A stretch of DNA of 64,000 bases, from positions 57,198 through 121,197 of the forward strand of contig CALUOO010000007.1 of NCBI GenBank assembly GCA_944322345.1, given 5' to 3'. The DNA comes from an uncultured Bacteroides sp. GTDB lineage: Bacteria > Bacteroidota > Bacteroidia > Bacteroidales > Bacteroidaceae. Positions 30,350 through 40,476 of the stretch are shown here, in pieces (position 1 is the first letter of the stretch; the number at the start of each line of letters is the position of its first letter). The position numbers and the translations under genes were made by a program. Below the pieces are notes generated by a model. The model saw only the letters and a list, made by a program, of their open reading frames with translations. It was not told the origin of the DNA and made no database searches.

Positions 30350-31198
30350 TTATAACTTATTAATACATACGGCAAGACTCTCTTGCCAATGGGGGATTTC
30401 AATATCGAATGTCTGTTTGATTTTCGTCTTGTCAAGTACCGAATAGGCCGGGCGATTTGCTTTTGCCGGATACTCGGCAGTATGCAAAGGTTTCACCTGA
30501 CATGAGTTAATACCAGCCAAGCGATGGATGGCAAGCGTGAAGTCATACCACGAGCAGACTCCTTCGTTGCTAAAATGATAGATTCCTCTCACAATACCTT
30601 TATTAATTATTGTATAGATAACCCTTGCAAGGTCGTGTGCATAGGTGGGGGTTCCTATCTGGTCGAAGACAACCCCTAATGTGTCCTTTTCCTGCCCCAG
30701 ACGAATCATTGTCTTCACAAAATTATTGCCAAAGGTAGAGTAAAGCCAAGCCGTACGAATCACTACTGCCTGTTCACAATTATCCATTACTCCTTGTTCT
30801 CCAGCCAATTTGGTAATACCATACACTGAGTTTGGACAGGGTTTACAGTCTTCTGTATAGGGTAAATGTGCCGTTCCATCAAACACATAGTCTGTTGAGA
30901 CTTGTATCATGGCTGCTCCATTTGCCTGTGCCGCCTTAGCCAATTCTGTAGGAGCTTCACAATTCAACTTATGTGCCAATTCCCGATTGTCCTCCGCTTT
31001 ATCTACAGCTGTATAAGCAGCGCAGTTCACTACCATCTCTATCTTCTGCTCGGAGATGTATGTCCACACAGCCTCCCTATCACAAATATCCAATTCTTGC
31101 ACATCGGTAAAGAAATAAGTATGTTGAGGATTTTCCTTTGCAAGTATTTGCATTTCATTCCCTAATTGCCCGTTGGCTCCGGTCACTAATATTCTCAT
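30350..31198 (-). CDS. rfbD: dTDP-4-dehydrorhamnose reductase
   Basis: GANGQLG, NCAAYTAVD, STDYVFDG, YGITK and RPAYSVL motifs. Confidence 0.96.
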   Translation of the reverse strand: MRILVTGANGQLGNEMQILAKENPQHTYFFTDVQELDICDREAVWTYISEQKIEMVVNCAAYTAVDKAEDNRELAHKLNCEAPTELAKAAQANGAAMIQVSTDYVFDGTAHLPYTEDCKPCPNSVYGITKLAGEQGVMDNCEQAVVIRTAWLYSTFGNNFVKTMIRLGQEKDTLGVVFDQIGTPTYAHDLARVIYTIINKGIVRGIYHFSNEGVCSWYDFTLAIHRLAGINSCQVKPLHTAEYPAKANRPAYSVLDKTKIKQTFDIEIPHWQESLAVCINKL

Positions 31199-31743
31199 TC
31201 TTCGTCTAATTTTAATTCACCTTTACGGTCTTTATCATAATAATTTGCCAGCATAGAAAGAAAACTACTAATTGTCTCCACAGCTTTTTCTGTACCCTCG
31301 CTAAGAGGTTTCTTTTGCAAACGAAGTAATAGCACTCCATACAAAGCCTCGAAACAGGTTTCAAGTTCCGGTTCTTCCTTTTTGCCGTTCCGGCTTCGCA
31401 ATTCTACGATAAAAGGCAAAGCCTTAAAATAAGCAGCATTATAAAAAGGAAACTTAGGAGAAGAAAGCAACTGCTGATGGAGTTCGGTCAGGTTAATAAT
31501 CACATTCTTATTAATCTGCAAATGTCCACAATCACATACCCCTTCTTCTCTCATCATAGTAATCAGATTACTATACCACTCACGCATATCCGGCCGTTGT
31601 TTTTCCGGATAACGTACAATTATATTAGCCTCTATCTCTTCCAGTTCACAATGATTAGCACGAATTAAGTCTTCTTCCTGCCACATATATATGAGGTATT
31701 CTGCAATGTTGCTATCTCTTAACCTCTGTGCAACTTGATTCAT
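31195..31743 (-). CDS. DUF4924-like conserved protein
   Basis: NIAEYLIYMWQEEDLIRA N-terminus, typical of this Bacteroidetes family. Confidence 0.75.
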   Translation of the reverse strand: MNQVAQRLRDSNIAEYLIYMWQEEDLIRANHCELEEIEANIIVRYPEKQRPDMREWYSNLITMMREEGVCDCGHLQINKNVIINLTELHQQLLSSPKFPFYNAAYFKALPFIVELRSRNGKKEEPELETCFEALYGVLLLRLQKKPLSEGTEKAVETISSFLSMLANYYDKDRKGELKLDEE

Positions 31744-31759
31744 AATTTTTTGTTTCCTC

Positions 31760-32413
31760 TTAGTAAATTGATTCTCCCAATAATGTATAAATCAGTCCCG
31801 CTACAGAAACAACCACCACGATGCTGCCAATAACACGGTTCAACATCCAAATTCCTCTCAGATTGAAACGGGTACGCACCTTATTAACAAAATAGGTAAT
31901 ACCAAACCACCACGACAATGCTCCCAACATAATAGCAAAATATCCTGTTATCTCTTCAAACACCAATACCCCTGGCTGTACAAAAGCAAAACGAGCAAAA
32001 AGTCCAATAAACAGGAAAATTATAAGGGGATTGGAAAGAGTCACAAAAAAAGCGGTGATAAAATTATGGAAATAAGAACCTTTATTAGTAGAAGCAGGAC
32101 GAATAGAACGGACAGGATTACTGCGAAAAGTATAAATACCAAAAAGCAGCAGCATAACACTGCCCAACAATTGAAGATAAAAGATATTCTTATTGATGTA
32201 GTCAAATACAAAACTCATACCATAGCCCGTCAGTAGAGCATAAGCAATGTCACTTAACGAAGCTCCAAGTCCTGTCACAAAGCCATACCAACGTCCCTTA
32301 TTCAAGGTTCTTTGTATACAAAGAACTCCTACAGGACCCAGCGGAGCCGATACAACTACACCTATAATAAATCCCTTAACTAATATATCAATTATTGTCT
32401 CTATCTGAATCAT
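31760..32413 (-). CDS. LysE family translocator
   Basis: SAPLGPVGVLCIQRTL and TLSNP motifs; hydrophobic. Confidence 0.9.
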   Translation of the reverse strand: MIQIETIIDILVKGFIIGVVVSAPLGPVGVLCIQRTLNKGRWYGFVTGLGASLSDIAYALLTGYGMSFVFDYINKNIFYLQLLGSVMLLLFGIYTFRSNPVRSIRPASTNKGSYFHNFITAFFVTLSNPLIIFLFIGLFARFAFVQPGVLVFEEITGYFAIMLGALSWWFGITYFVNKVRTRFNLRGIWMLNRVIGSIVVVVSVAGLIYTLLGESIY

Positions 32414-32465
32414 GTTGCAAATATCGTACTTTTTTGTGAGATAGAAAACAAGAAAAATAAAACAA

Positions 32466-32505
32466 TATGAGACCGGACTTCACTTTCATGAACCCCGGTC
32501 TCATA
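32466..32505 (-). terminator. Terminator hairpin
   Basis: TATGAGACCGG / CCGGTCTCATA, 11-bp arms. Confidence 0.7.
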
Positions 32506-32540
32506 AATATTCTGATATTCCAGTATAGCTGTTACAATTG

Positions 32541-34259
32541 TCACTTATTGCAATATTTTTCAATAAGAGGAGCGACATTGGGATCCCCCAGTTCTTTCGC
32601 CTTTTGAAAACTATTACAAGCTTCAGCATTCTTTTTCATTTGAATCTGACAAAGGCCAAGTAAACGATACCCTTCTCCATATTTAGGATTATCTTTTAGT
32701 ACTTGATTCAATATTTTAGCAGCCTCCTCATTACGTCCTACTCGCATATTAATAACAGCATGCTCAGCCTGATAGGTCAACTCCTTAGGATTCAATTCTA
32801 TAGCCTTAACAATATCATCTAATGCACGCTGATATTGACGTGATCTCAATCCGGCCTGTTCACGATAATAATAAAACACATCGTTTACCTGACCATCTAC
32901 AGCTTTAAAATATGTGTCATAATCCAACAATGCCTTTCGAGGTTCATTAGCATTCATATACATTTGAGCACGCTCCAATACATAAGCCGCAGTCTCAGCA
33001 TTTAAAGGCTGAGCACAATGAGCAATACAGCTATCCATCAATGCTAAAACTTCTTTCGGGTCACTCTTCATTATCTCTTTCGTTTTAGCAGCACTAAAGA
33101 ATGTAACCGGTGAAGCTAACTCACTTGCATTTACTTTTTCATAACACGCTAACGCTCCTTCATAATCCTGCTTAGCAAAAAGTATATCACCTTCCAATTG
33201 AGAATAAACTGGAAGAGGATTTTGTGCAATGGCTTCACGTACATTCTCCAATGCCTTGTCGTATGTCCAGTCTTTATAAGTTTTCTCTGGTTTTGATAAC
33301 TGATAAGAATAAATCAATCTTGCTTTACTGTAAAGTACTTCATCCTTTTTGTCTGTGATTTTCAGAGCTTCCTCAAAGTCTTTATTTGCATTTTCAAAAA
33401 GACTTTCATCATCTTTAGCATTTGCCACATAATAATTAGCTCTACGATAATATCCTTCGGCACTACTAGGAAACAGTTTTATAAAATCATCTAGAGCCTG
33501 TTTATAATTTTCAGGACTCATCTGTGTAGAAGCCATCATTAAATAAATCAAGGCCTGATCTTCTTCTTCTGGAAGTCCTTTGCGAATGCCAATACTACGC
33601 AACGTTGCATCTCCCAATGACAAAGCTCCAATCTTACGAGACATAGCAAATGTAGCATCTACGGCATAACAAACACCTGCTACATCATTAGCCGAAGCCT
33701 TTTGAGATATTCCAACAACCAGCCCTTCTTCATTCATCACCGGACAACTAACCATTTTATCTTTCATTGTCATCTCCAAGGTATAATAATTATAGCTCCC
33801 TTCAAATTTCATAGTCTGTTTCACCTTCCCAGATTCGCAAGCTATACTCTTTTGAGTAGAATAAGGAAGCATCCAGATATTCGCACCGACTTCCGGAACC
33901 GTAGATGTAATCTCTAAGGCAGGAACTTTCTTTCCTATAATTGCAACCTTAAACTTAATCACATCATACATATAATCTGCCCCTAAAATCATATCGACCG
34001 GCATTTTTTTACCATCAGCGGTCACTACTTCTGCGCTTTCAGCCCCTTTAAATAATGTATAATCAGATAATGCTAATCCATCCTCAGAAACAAAAAAACC
34101 GTTTCCAGTATTCAGCATCTTACCATCCTTATCATATGTTATGACAGAAAATACCGCACGTTTTGCCTTTTCCACCCATTTTGGAGTTATTTGTGCCAAA
34201 CTTGTCTGTACATAAGTACACACAAAAAACACTAAATATACAATTAAACTTTTTCTCAT
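32541..34259 (-). CDS. Exported trypsin-like (probably inactive) domain plus TPR protein
   Basis: Signal peptide, GNGFFVSEDG and CPVMNEEGLVVGI trypsin-2-like segments, then many TPRs. Confidence 0.8.
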   Translation of the reverse strand: MRKSLIVYLVFFVCTYVQTSLAQITPKWVEKAKRAVFSVITYDKDGKMLNTGNGFFVSEDGLALSDYTLFKGAESAEVVTADGKKMPVDMILGADYMYDVIKFKVAIIGKKVPALEITSTVPEVGANIWMLPYSTQKSIACESGKVKQTMKFEGSYNYYTLEMTMKDKMVSCPVMNEEGLVVGISQKASANDVAGVCYAVDATFAMSRKIGALSLGDATLRSIGIRKGLPEEEDQALIYLMMASTQMSPENYKQALDDFIKLFPSSAEGYYRRANYYVANAKDDESLFENANKDFEEALKITDKKDEVLYSKARLIYSYQLSKPEKTYKDWTYDKALENVREAIAQNPLPVYSQLEGDILFAKQDYEGALACYEKVNASELASPVTFFSAAKTKEIMKSDPKEVLALMDSCIAHCAQPLNAETAAYVLERAQMYMNANEPRKALLDYDTYFKAVDGQVNDVFYYYREQAGLRSRQYQRALDDIVKAIELNPKELTYQAEHAVINMRVGRNEEAAKILNQVLKDNPKYGEGYRLLGLCQIQMKKNAEACNSFQKAKELGDPNVAPLIEKYCNK

Positions 34260-35026
34260 ATATCAAAATTTCGTTGTTTTACAGCCTCATATATCAAAAT
34301 TCCAGCAGCTACAGAAACATTCAACGATTCAATTGTTCCAAGCATCGGAATCTTTACCCACTCATCACAAAGTGCTAGATTATCGTACGTAACACCCGTA
34401 TCTTCTGCTCCCATTATAATACAAAGGGGACCCGTATAATCCGCTTTGGTATAATCATAGTCTCCTTTTTCTGTAGCAGCCACAATACGAAATCCACTAT
34501 CCTTCAAATACTGTAGTGTAGTACGAAGATTCTGTTCGCGACAAACCGGAAGAGTATGAAGTGCACCGGCCGATGTTTTAACCGCATCTGCATTTGCAGA
34601 GGCTCCTCCTTTCGTCGGAATGATAATAGCATCTACTGCAGCACACTCACAAGTACGAGCAATAGCTCCAAAATTACGTACATCTGTCACTCCGTCTAAC
34701 ATAACAAAAAAAGGATTTTTCCCTTGCTCAAACAAATAAGGAACCATCTCCTCTGTCTTCTGATAAGTGATGGCAGACATAAAAGCCACGACCCCCTGAT
34801 GATTTTTCCGAGTAATACGGTTGATACGTTCCACCGGAACACGCTGAACCGGAATTATCATTCCCTTTAAAGCAGCAAACAGTTCTTTGGACAGATCACT
34901 TTGAATATCTTTCTTTATTAAAATCTTATCAATCTCTTTCCCTGCCTGTACAGCCTCAATTACTGCACGAACTCCGAAAATCATAGTTGATTTTACATGT
35001 TCGTCTTTTCTATTTCTATATTCCAT
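34256..35026 (-). CDS. rlmB: 23S rRNA 2'-O-methyltransferase (RlmB/TrmH family)
   Basis: LDGVTDVRNFGAIART, MGAEDTG and ESLNVSVAAG; start moved to the ATG at 35026. Confidence 0.92.
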   Translation of the reverse strand: MEYRNRKDEHVKSTMIFGVRAVIEAVQAGKEIDKILIKKDIQSDLSKELFAALKGMIIPVQRVPVERINRITRKNHQGVVAFMSAITYQKTEEMVPYLFEQGKNPFFVMLDGVTDVRNFGAIARTCECAAVDAIIIPTKGGASANADAVKTSAGALHTLPVCREQNLRTTLQYLKDSGFRIVAATEKGDYDYTKADYTGPLCIIMGAEDTGVTYDNLALCDEWVKIPMLGTIESLNVSVAAGILIYEAVKQRNFDI

Positions 35027-35045
35027 AATCTTTCTCGTTGTCAGT

Positions 35046-36731
35046 TTATCTGTTTTTACTTTCTTCGCCTTGTGAAACCGAAAGTAACGAACGTGCATTG
35101 TCTAATGCGGCTTTTGTTAGAGTTGCCCCACTAAGCATATGTGCAATTTCCTCCACTCGTTCGTCTTGGGTTAATCGGCGGATATGACTATTCGTCTCAG
35201 TATCACTATCTTGTTTATACACTTTATAATGTATACGTCCACGCGAAGCTATCTGCGGTAGATGTGTGATGCTTATTACCTGACGCCGACAATCTCCCAT
35301 TTCCTGCATGATATCAGCCATTCGGTCAGCTATTTCTCCAGATACTCCTGTATCAATTTCATCAAAAACAATAGTAGGTAATTTTACAGCACCAGTAATC
35401 ATCGCCTTTATCGAGAGCATCACGCGAGCTATTTCCCCACCAGAGGCAACTGAAGATATATTTTGTAATGTTCCATTTTTATTTGCCGAAAATAAGAAAT
35501 TGACTGTGTCTTCTCCCTGAACTCCTAGTTCTTTCTTTAATCCCATTTCCACCTTAAAGCGAACATTTGGCATACCTAGAGGAATAAGGCGAAGAACCAG
35601 CTGTTTTTCTACCTCATAAGCCATCTTCCGACGAATATTTGTTAATATCTCAGCCTGCTCTTTTGTCTTTTTATAAGCTGTATCTCTTCTCACAAGCAAA
35701 TCAGCAATACGATCATCATATGAGGTTATTGAATTTATTCTTTCTCTATATTCATCAGAGAGAGCCATCAGTTCTTTCACAGTCTGTACATGATGCTTCT
35801 GCTGCAGCGAATAAATCAGATTCAAACGACCATTTACTTCATCCAAACGAACCGGATCAAACAAAACTGTTTCCTGACATGAAGCAATCTCCTGAAAAAT
35901 ATCCTTCAAATCAATATATGTACTCTCTATACGATTTGTCAATTCTTTAGCAGGCTGATAAACCTTTTGAATACCATTCAGTGTATTTAGGACTTCTTTT
36001 AATTCGGTAAGAAGCCCACCTTCATCCGAACTAAAACTCTGCTCTACTCGATATAGACACGTTTTTATTTCTTCGGCATGACTTAGTGTCTCTATTTCCT
36101 GTTCTAATTCTTCTTGCTCTCCCTCACATAAATGAGCATCTTCCAATTGTTCCAGTTGAAAGCGAATATAATCCTCATCCGATTTATTCTGTTCTGCCAA
36201 CGAAATAAATTCAGCCAATTCACGTTCTATTTGCTTCCATTCCTTATAAAAAACATGATACTGCTCCAATAATTGTTCGTTATGAGCTAGAATATCCAAT
36301 ACATTCAATTGAAAGCCTTCCTGATTCAACAAAAGATTCTGATGTTGGGAGTGTACATCAATAAGCTGTTCTCCAAGTTCCCTCATCATCGACAAGGATA
36401 CCGGACTATCATTAATAAAAGCACGACTTTTTCCAGATGACAGTAATTCTCTACGCAAAATACATTCATCATCATACTCAAGTTCGTTTGTATCAAAAAA
36501 TGAACGCATATTATAAGCAGAAATGTCAAAATAAGCCTCTACCACACATTTTGAAGCCCCCTGTCGAATAGCCTTTACATCAGCTCGTTGCCCTAAAAGC
36601 AAACCTATGGCTCCCAAAATAATGGACTTACCGGCACCTGTCTCGCCTGTAATAACAGAGAATCCTCTTTCAAAATCAATGTCAAGTTTCTCTATCAATG
36701 CATAATTCTGAATATATAATGAACGTAACAC
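35046..36731 (-). CDS. recN: DNA repair protein RecN
   Basis: ITGETGAGKS, ASGGEIARVML, FDEIDTGVSG and ITHLPQIA motifs. Confidence 0.98.
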   Translation of the reverse strand: MLRSLYIQNYALIEKLDIDFERGFSVITGETGAGKSIILGAIGLLLGQRADVKAIRQGASKCVVEAYFDISAYNMRSFFDTNELEYDDECILRRELLSSGKSRAFINDSPVSLSMMRELGEQLIDVHSQHQNLLLNQEGFQLNVLDILAHNEQLLEQYHVFYKEWKQIERELAEFISLAEQNKSDEDYIRFQLEQLEDAHLCEGEQEELEQEIETLSHAEEIKTCLYRVEQSFSSDEGGLLTELKEVLNTLNGIQKVYQPAKELTNRIESTYIDLKDIFQEIASCQETVLFDPVRLDEVNGRLNLIYSLQQKHHVQTVKELMALSDEYRERINSITSYDDRIADLLVRRDTAYKKTKEQAEILTNIRRKMAYEVEKQLVLRLIPLGMPNVRFKVEMGLKKELGVQGEDTVNFLFSANKNGTLQNISSVASGGEIARVMLSIKAMITGAVKLPTIVFDEIDTGVSGEIADRMADIMQEMGDCRRQVISITHLPQIASRGRIHYKVYKQDSDTETNSHIRRLTQDERVEEIAHMLSGATLTKAALDNARSLLSVSQGEESKNR

Positions 36732-36762
36732 TTTCCTATTTCTTTAATACTAAAAAGATCTT

Positions 36763-37971
36763 TCAAGACTCTTTATCGGATAATGAACACAAATAATCTA
36801 TAATATCTTTTGCGACTTCTTGCTTGAGTTTTAGTGGATAAGTCGTACATCCTTTACGATCAATAATACTAATTTTATTCGTATCATAACGGAATCCCGC
36901 TCCTGTATCATTCAAAGAGTTTAATACAATAAAATCGAGGTTTTTCCGTTCCAATTTATTTTGTGCATTTTGCTGTTCATCATGTGTTTCCAATGCAAAC
37001 CCAACCAATCGTTGCCCCTTTCGTTTCAAAGCTCCCAGTCCAGCTGCAATATCTTGAGTCGCTTGTAAATGTAGTGTCATTTGCTTTTCTTTTTCACGTT
37101 TTATTTTTTCTTCTGCCACTACATCAGGTCTGAAATCGGCGACTGCAGCACATAATATAGCGACATCAGAAGACTTAAAACAATTCAGAGATACTTCATA
37201 CATATCCTGTGCAGACTCTACATTTATTCGATGAATACGTGAATGAATAGCCTCTAGTTGCACAGGCCCACAGATTAATGTTACCTCTGCTCCTCGACCG
37301 GCACACTCCTCAGCCAATGCAAATCCCATTTTTCCAGATGAATAATTACCAATAAACCTTACCGGATCTATTTTTTCGTATGTAGGTCCTGCTGTTATCA
37401 TCACCCGTTTACCAACTAAATCTGTATTAGCAACAAAAAATTCATCTAGCACTTGAATAATACGTTCAGGTTCTTCCATCCGTCCTTTTCCCACCAAATG
37501 GCTAGCAAGTTCTCCTATTCCCGGCTCAATTATGTAATTTCCATAAGAGCGAAGTATTTCTAAATTCTGTTGCGTGGACGGATGTGCATACATGTCCAAA
37601 TCCATTGCCGGAGCCACAAATACAGGAGCTTTTGCTGAAAGATAAGTAGTTATCAACATATTGTCGGCTATTCCATGAGCCATCTTTCCAATTGTCGATG
37701 CAGTAGCCGGAGCTATCAGCATAGCATCTGCCCACAGCCCCAAATCCACATGACTGTTCCAAGTACCATCCCGTTGAGCAAAAAACTCACTGATTACTGG
37801 CTTGCTGGTAAGTGCAGAGAGTGTAATGGGGGTAATAAATTCTTTGCCTGCAGGAGTAATTACAACCTGTACCTCTGCTCCCCGTTTTATCAATCCCCGA
37901 ATAATATAACAAGCTTTGTATGCAGCGATGCTTCCCGTAATGCCGAGAACAATTTTCTTTCCCTTCAACAT
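36763..37971 (-). CDS. coaBC: Bifunctional PPC decarboxylase / PPC synthetase
   Basis: GITGSIAAYK, APAMDLDMY, TAGPTYEKIDPVRFIGNYSSGKMG and GFALET motifs. Confidence 0.98.
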   Translation of the reverse strand: MLKGKKIVLGITGSIAAYKACYIIRGLIKRGAEVQVVITPAGKEFITPITLSALTSKPVISEFFAQRDGTWNSHVDLGLWADAMLIAPATASTIGKMAHGIADNMLITTYLSAKAPVFVAPAMDLDMYAHPSTQQNLEILRSYGNYIIEPGIGELASHLVGKGRMEEPERIIQVLDEFFVANTDLVGKRVMITAGPTYEKIDPVRFIGNYSSGKMGFALAEECAGRGAEVTLICGPVQLEAIHSRIHRINVESAQDMYEVSLNCFKSSDVAILCAAVADFRPDVVAEEKIKREKEKQMTLHLQATQDIAAGLGALKRKGQRLVGFALETHDEQQNAQNKLERKNLDFIVLNSLNDTGAGFRYDTNKISIIDRKGCTTYPLKLKQEVAKDIIDYLCSLSDKES

Positions 37972-37973
37972 GA

Positions 37974-38762
37974 CTATTTCGTAATCAGGTTACTCATTTC
38001 ACGTAAGCGAATCTTGGTCAACATTGCTTTTGTATTCAGCGTAAAGTCGCTATTCAGAATCCAGCCGTAATATCCAGGATCTTGCTTCAAAACATCAGCA
38101 ACCTTCATTCCTTTATACTTTCCAAAATTGAAAACTTCATCTCCATTATCATCATATACCATTCTTCCAGCAAAATCTACATTCTTTGTAAAACTAGAAT
38201 AGTCAGCAAGAAAAGCAATGTCATTCTGAAGTTCCGGATAACGATCAAGCTGAGCCTTCAAGACCTCGTATGTTGCACGCGTATCCGCCTCTGCCGTATG
38301 CGCATCTTCCAGATTCTTATTGCAATAAAACTTATACGCAGCTGATAATGTTCTCTGTTCCATTTTATGGAAAATCACCTGCACATCCACAAACTTGCGT
38401 CTACTCATATCAATATCTACGCCGGCACGTAAAAATTCTTCGGCCAACACCGGTATATCGAAACGATTGGAATTAAATCCAGCCAAATCACACCCTTCAA
38501 TATCTTTAGCAATGCTTTTTGCCACTTCCTTAAAAGTTGGACAGTCGGCCACATCTGCATCATAAATACCATGTACTGCCGACGATACCTCAGGAATATG
38601 CATCTCAGGGTTTATGCGCATAGTCTTCGACTCTTCATTTCCGTTTGGGTACACTTTTAAATAACAGATTTCGACAATACGATCCGTATTGATATTAGTT
38701 CCCGTTGTTTCCAAATCAAAAAATACAATCGGGTTTTTCAGATTCAGTTTCATTTGTTTCAA
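37974..38762 (-). CDS. DEDDh 3'-5' exonuclease (DnaQ-like)
   Basis: FFDLETTG, GFNSNRFD and AHTAEAD motifs. Confidence 0.92.
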   Translation of the reverse strand: MKQMKLNLKNPIVFFDLETTGTNINTDRIVEICYLKVYPNGNEESKTMRINPEMHIPEVSSAVHGIYDADVADCPTFKEVAKSIAKDIEGCDLAGFNSNRFDIPVLAEEFLRAGVDIDMSRRKFVDVQVIFHKMEQRTLSAAYKFYCNKNLEDAHTAEADTRATYEVLKAQLDRYPELQNDIAFLADYSSFTKNVDFAGRMVYDDNGDEVFNFGKYKGMKVADVLKQDPGYYGWILNSDFTLNTKAMLTKIRLREMSNLITK

Positions 38763-39883
38763 TCATTAAGCATCATAGGCATCAACAACATCAACAGATC
38801 CTCATTTTCTTCCTGTTCTGCAGGTATAATCACTCCGGCACGCGATGGATCTGCAAGTTCTACTATCACTTCTTCAGCAGCAATATTATTCAGTATATCA
38901 ATCAGAAAGGTAGATTTAAATCCAATACTCATAGGCGTCCCTATATACTGACAAATCAATGTTTCTTCGGCCGATGTTGAAAAATCAATATCTTGTGCAG
39001 AAATCACAATCTGATTTTCATGTAATCGCAATTTAATCAAGCTACTAGCTTGTGAAGAAAATATAGAAACTCGGCGCAAAGCTCCCAACAGTTGCTGACG
39101 GTCAACTATAACCTTATGGGGATTATTTTGTGGAATTACAGAATTATAATTAGGATAACGTCCTTCGATTAGGCGGCAAACCATCCGATAATTTTCAAGC
39201 ATAAATACGGCATTTCGCTCATCAAACTCGACCACTACTGTTCCCTGTTCTTTAGAAAGAAGATTTTTCAATAACATCGCAGGTTTCTTAGGTAAGATAA
39301 AAGCAGCACGTTCATTACCTCTAGCAGCCAATGTTTTACAGCGAACCAATTTATGTCCGTCAGATGCTACCATTGTTATATCATCTGTCGTTATATCAAA
39401 ATAAATGCCATTCATCACTGGGCGCAATTCATCATCAGCAGTTGCAAAAACAGAACGGTTAATCCCTCCCAATAAGATATCCGCTTCTATCTCCACACGT
39501 ACTGCATTATTACCCAATATAGCAGATTGAGGAAATTCATCTGCATTTTGTCCCATTAAACTATATTTTCCATTTTGATACTGTATTGTAATTTCAAATG
39601 TATCTAAATTCATGTCAAATGTCAAAGGCTGTTCAGGGACTTCCTTCAACGCATCAAGCAACGTCTTTGCTACTACTGCGAACCGACCATTGGCATCACT
39701 TTCGTTTACTTCAACAGCAGTCACCATCGTCGTCTCGCTATCGGAAACAGTGACAGACAAAGTCCCATCTTCCAAATTAAAAAGGAAGCAATCAAGAATA
39801 GGCAATGCATTCTTTGAATTGATTACACGGCTAATAGCCTGCAAATGGCTAAAAAGAGCAGTACTTGAGACGATAAATTTCAT
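38759..39883 (-). CDS. dnaN: DNA polymerase III beta clamp
   Basis: Start MKFIVSS at 39883; DELRPVMNG, ASDGHKL, LIEGRYPNY and LLMPM. Confidence 0.98.
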   Translation of the reverse strand: MKFIVSSTALFSHLQAISRVINSKNALPILDCFLFNLEDGTLSVTVSDSETTMVTAVEVNESDANGRFAVVAKTLLDALKEVPEQPLTFDMNLDTFEITIQYQNGKYSLMGQNADEFPQSAILGNNAVRVEIEADILLGGINRSVFATADDELRPVMNGIYFDITTDDITMVASDGHKLVRCKTLAARGNERAAFILPKKPAMLLKNLLSKEQGTVVVEFDERNAVFMLENYRMVCRLIEGRYPNYNSVIPQNNPHKVIVDRQQLLGALRRVSIFSSQASSLIKLRLHENQIVISAQDIDFSTSAEETLICQYIGTPMSIGFKSTFLIDILNNIAAEEVIVELADPSRAGVIIPAEQEENEDLLMLLMPMMLND

Positions 39884-40037
39884 ATAGTTTCGTATATTTA
39901 AGTTTTTAAGATTCCGAATGCACAAAGTTAAGGAAAAAGATGTTAGCCAAACAAGAAAAACGAACAAAAAACAACCACAATGCAATGACTATTCTCAAAA
40001 AATTGTAACTTCGCGCCATGAATCTAAATTTATTATA

Positions 40038-40412
40038 ATGGAATTTACAGGAAAAATAATTGCAATACTTCCTCCAAGAGGTGGAATTTCAAAGACTAGT
40101 GGAAATGAGTGGAAATCACAAGAATATGTAATCGAAAACCATGATCAATATCCACGTAAAATGTGCTTCGATGTATTTGGCGCAGAAAAAATAGAACAAT
40201 TCAACATACAAATGGGCGAAGAACTGACCGTATCTTTTGATATTGATGCCCGTCAATGGCAAGATCGTTGGTTTAATAGCATACGCGCATGGAAAGTTGA
40301 ACGTGTAAACGCTACAGCTTCTATAGCACCGGGTATTCCTGTACCTCCTCCTACTCCCTCCATTACTCCTGAATTTACTCCTGGAGATGCAAACGACGAT
40401 TTGCCATTCTAA
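40038..40412 (+). CDS. DUF3127 family OB-fold/SSB-like protein
   Basis: Start MEFTGKII at 40038; WKSQEYVIE, FDIDARQWQDRWFNSIRAWK; C-terminal DDLPF. Confidence 0.85.
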   Translation: MEFTGKIIAILPPRGGISKTSGNEWKSQEYVIENHDQYPRKMCFDVFGAEKIEQFNIQMGEELTVSFDIDARQWQDRWFNSIRAWKVERVNATASIAPGIPVPPPTPSITPEFTPGDANDDLPF

Positions 40413-40426
40413 TAACCGTTGAAGAT

Positions 40427-40476
40427 TATCAACATTTCCTTTTTGAATCATGTTATTCAAGAAGGAAATGTTGATA
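40427..40476 (+). terminator. Terminator hairpin after DUF3127
   Basis: TATCAACATTTCCTT / AAGGAAATGTTGATA, 15-bp perfect arms. Confidence 0.7.
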
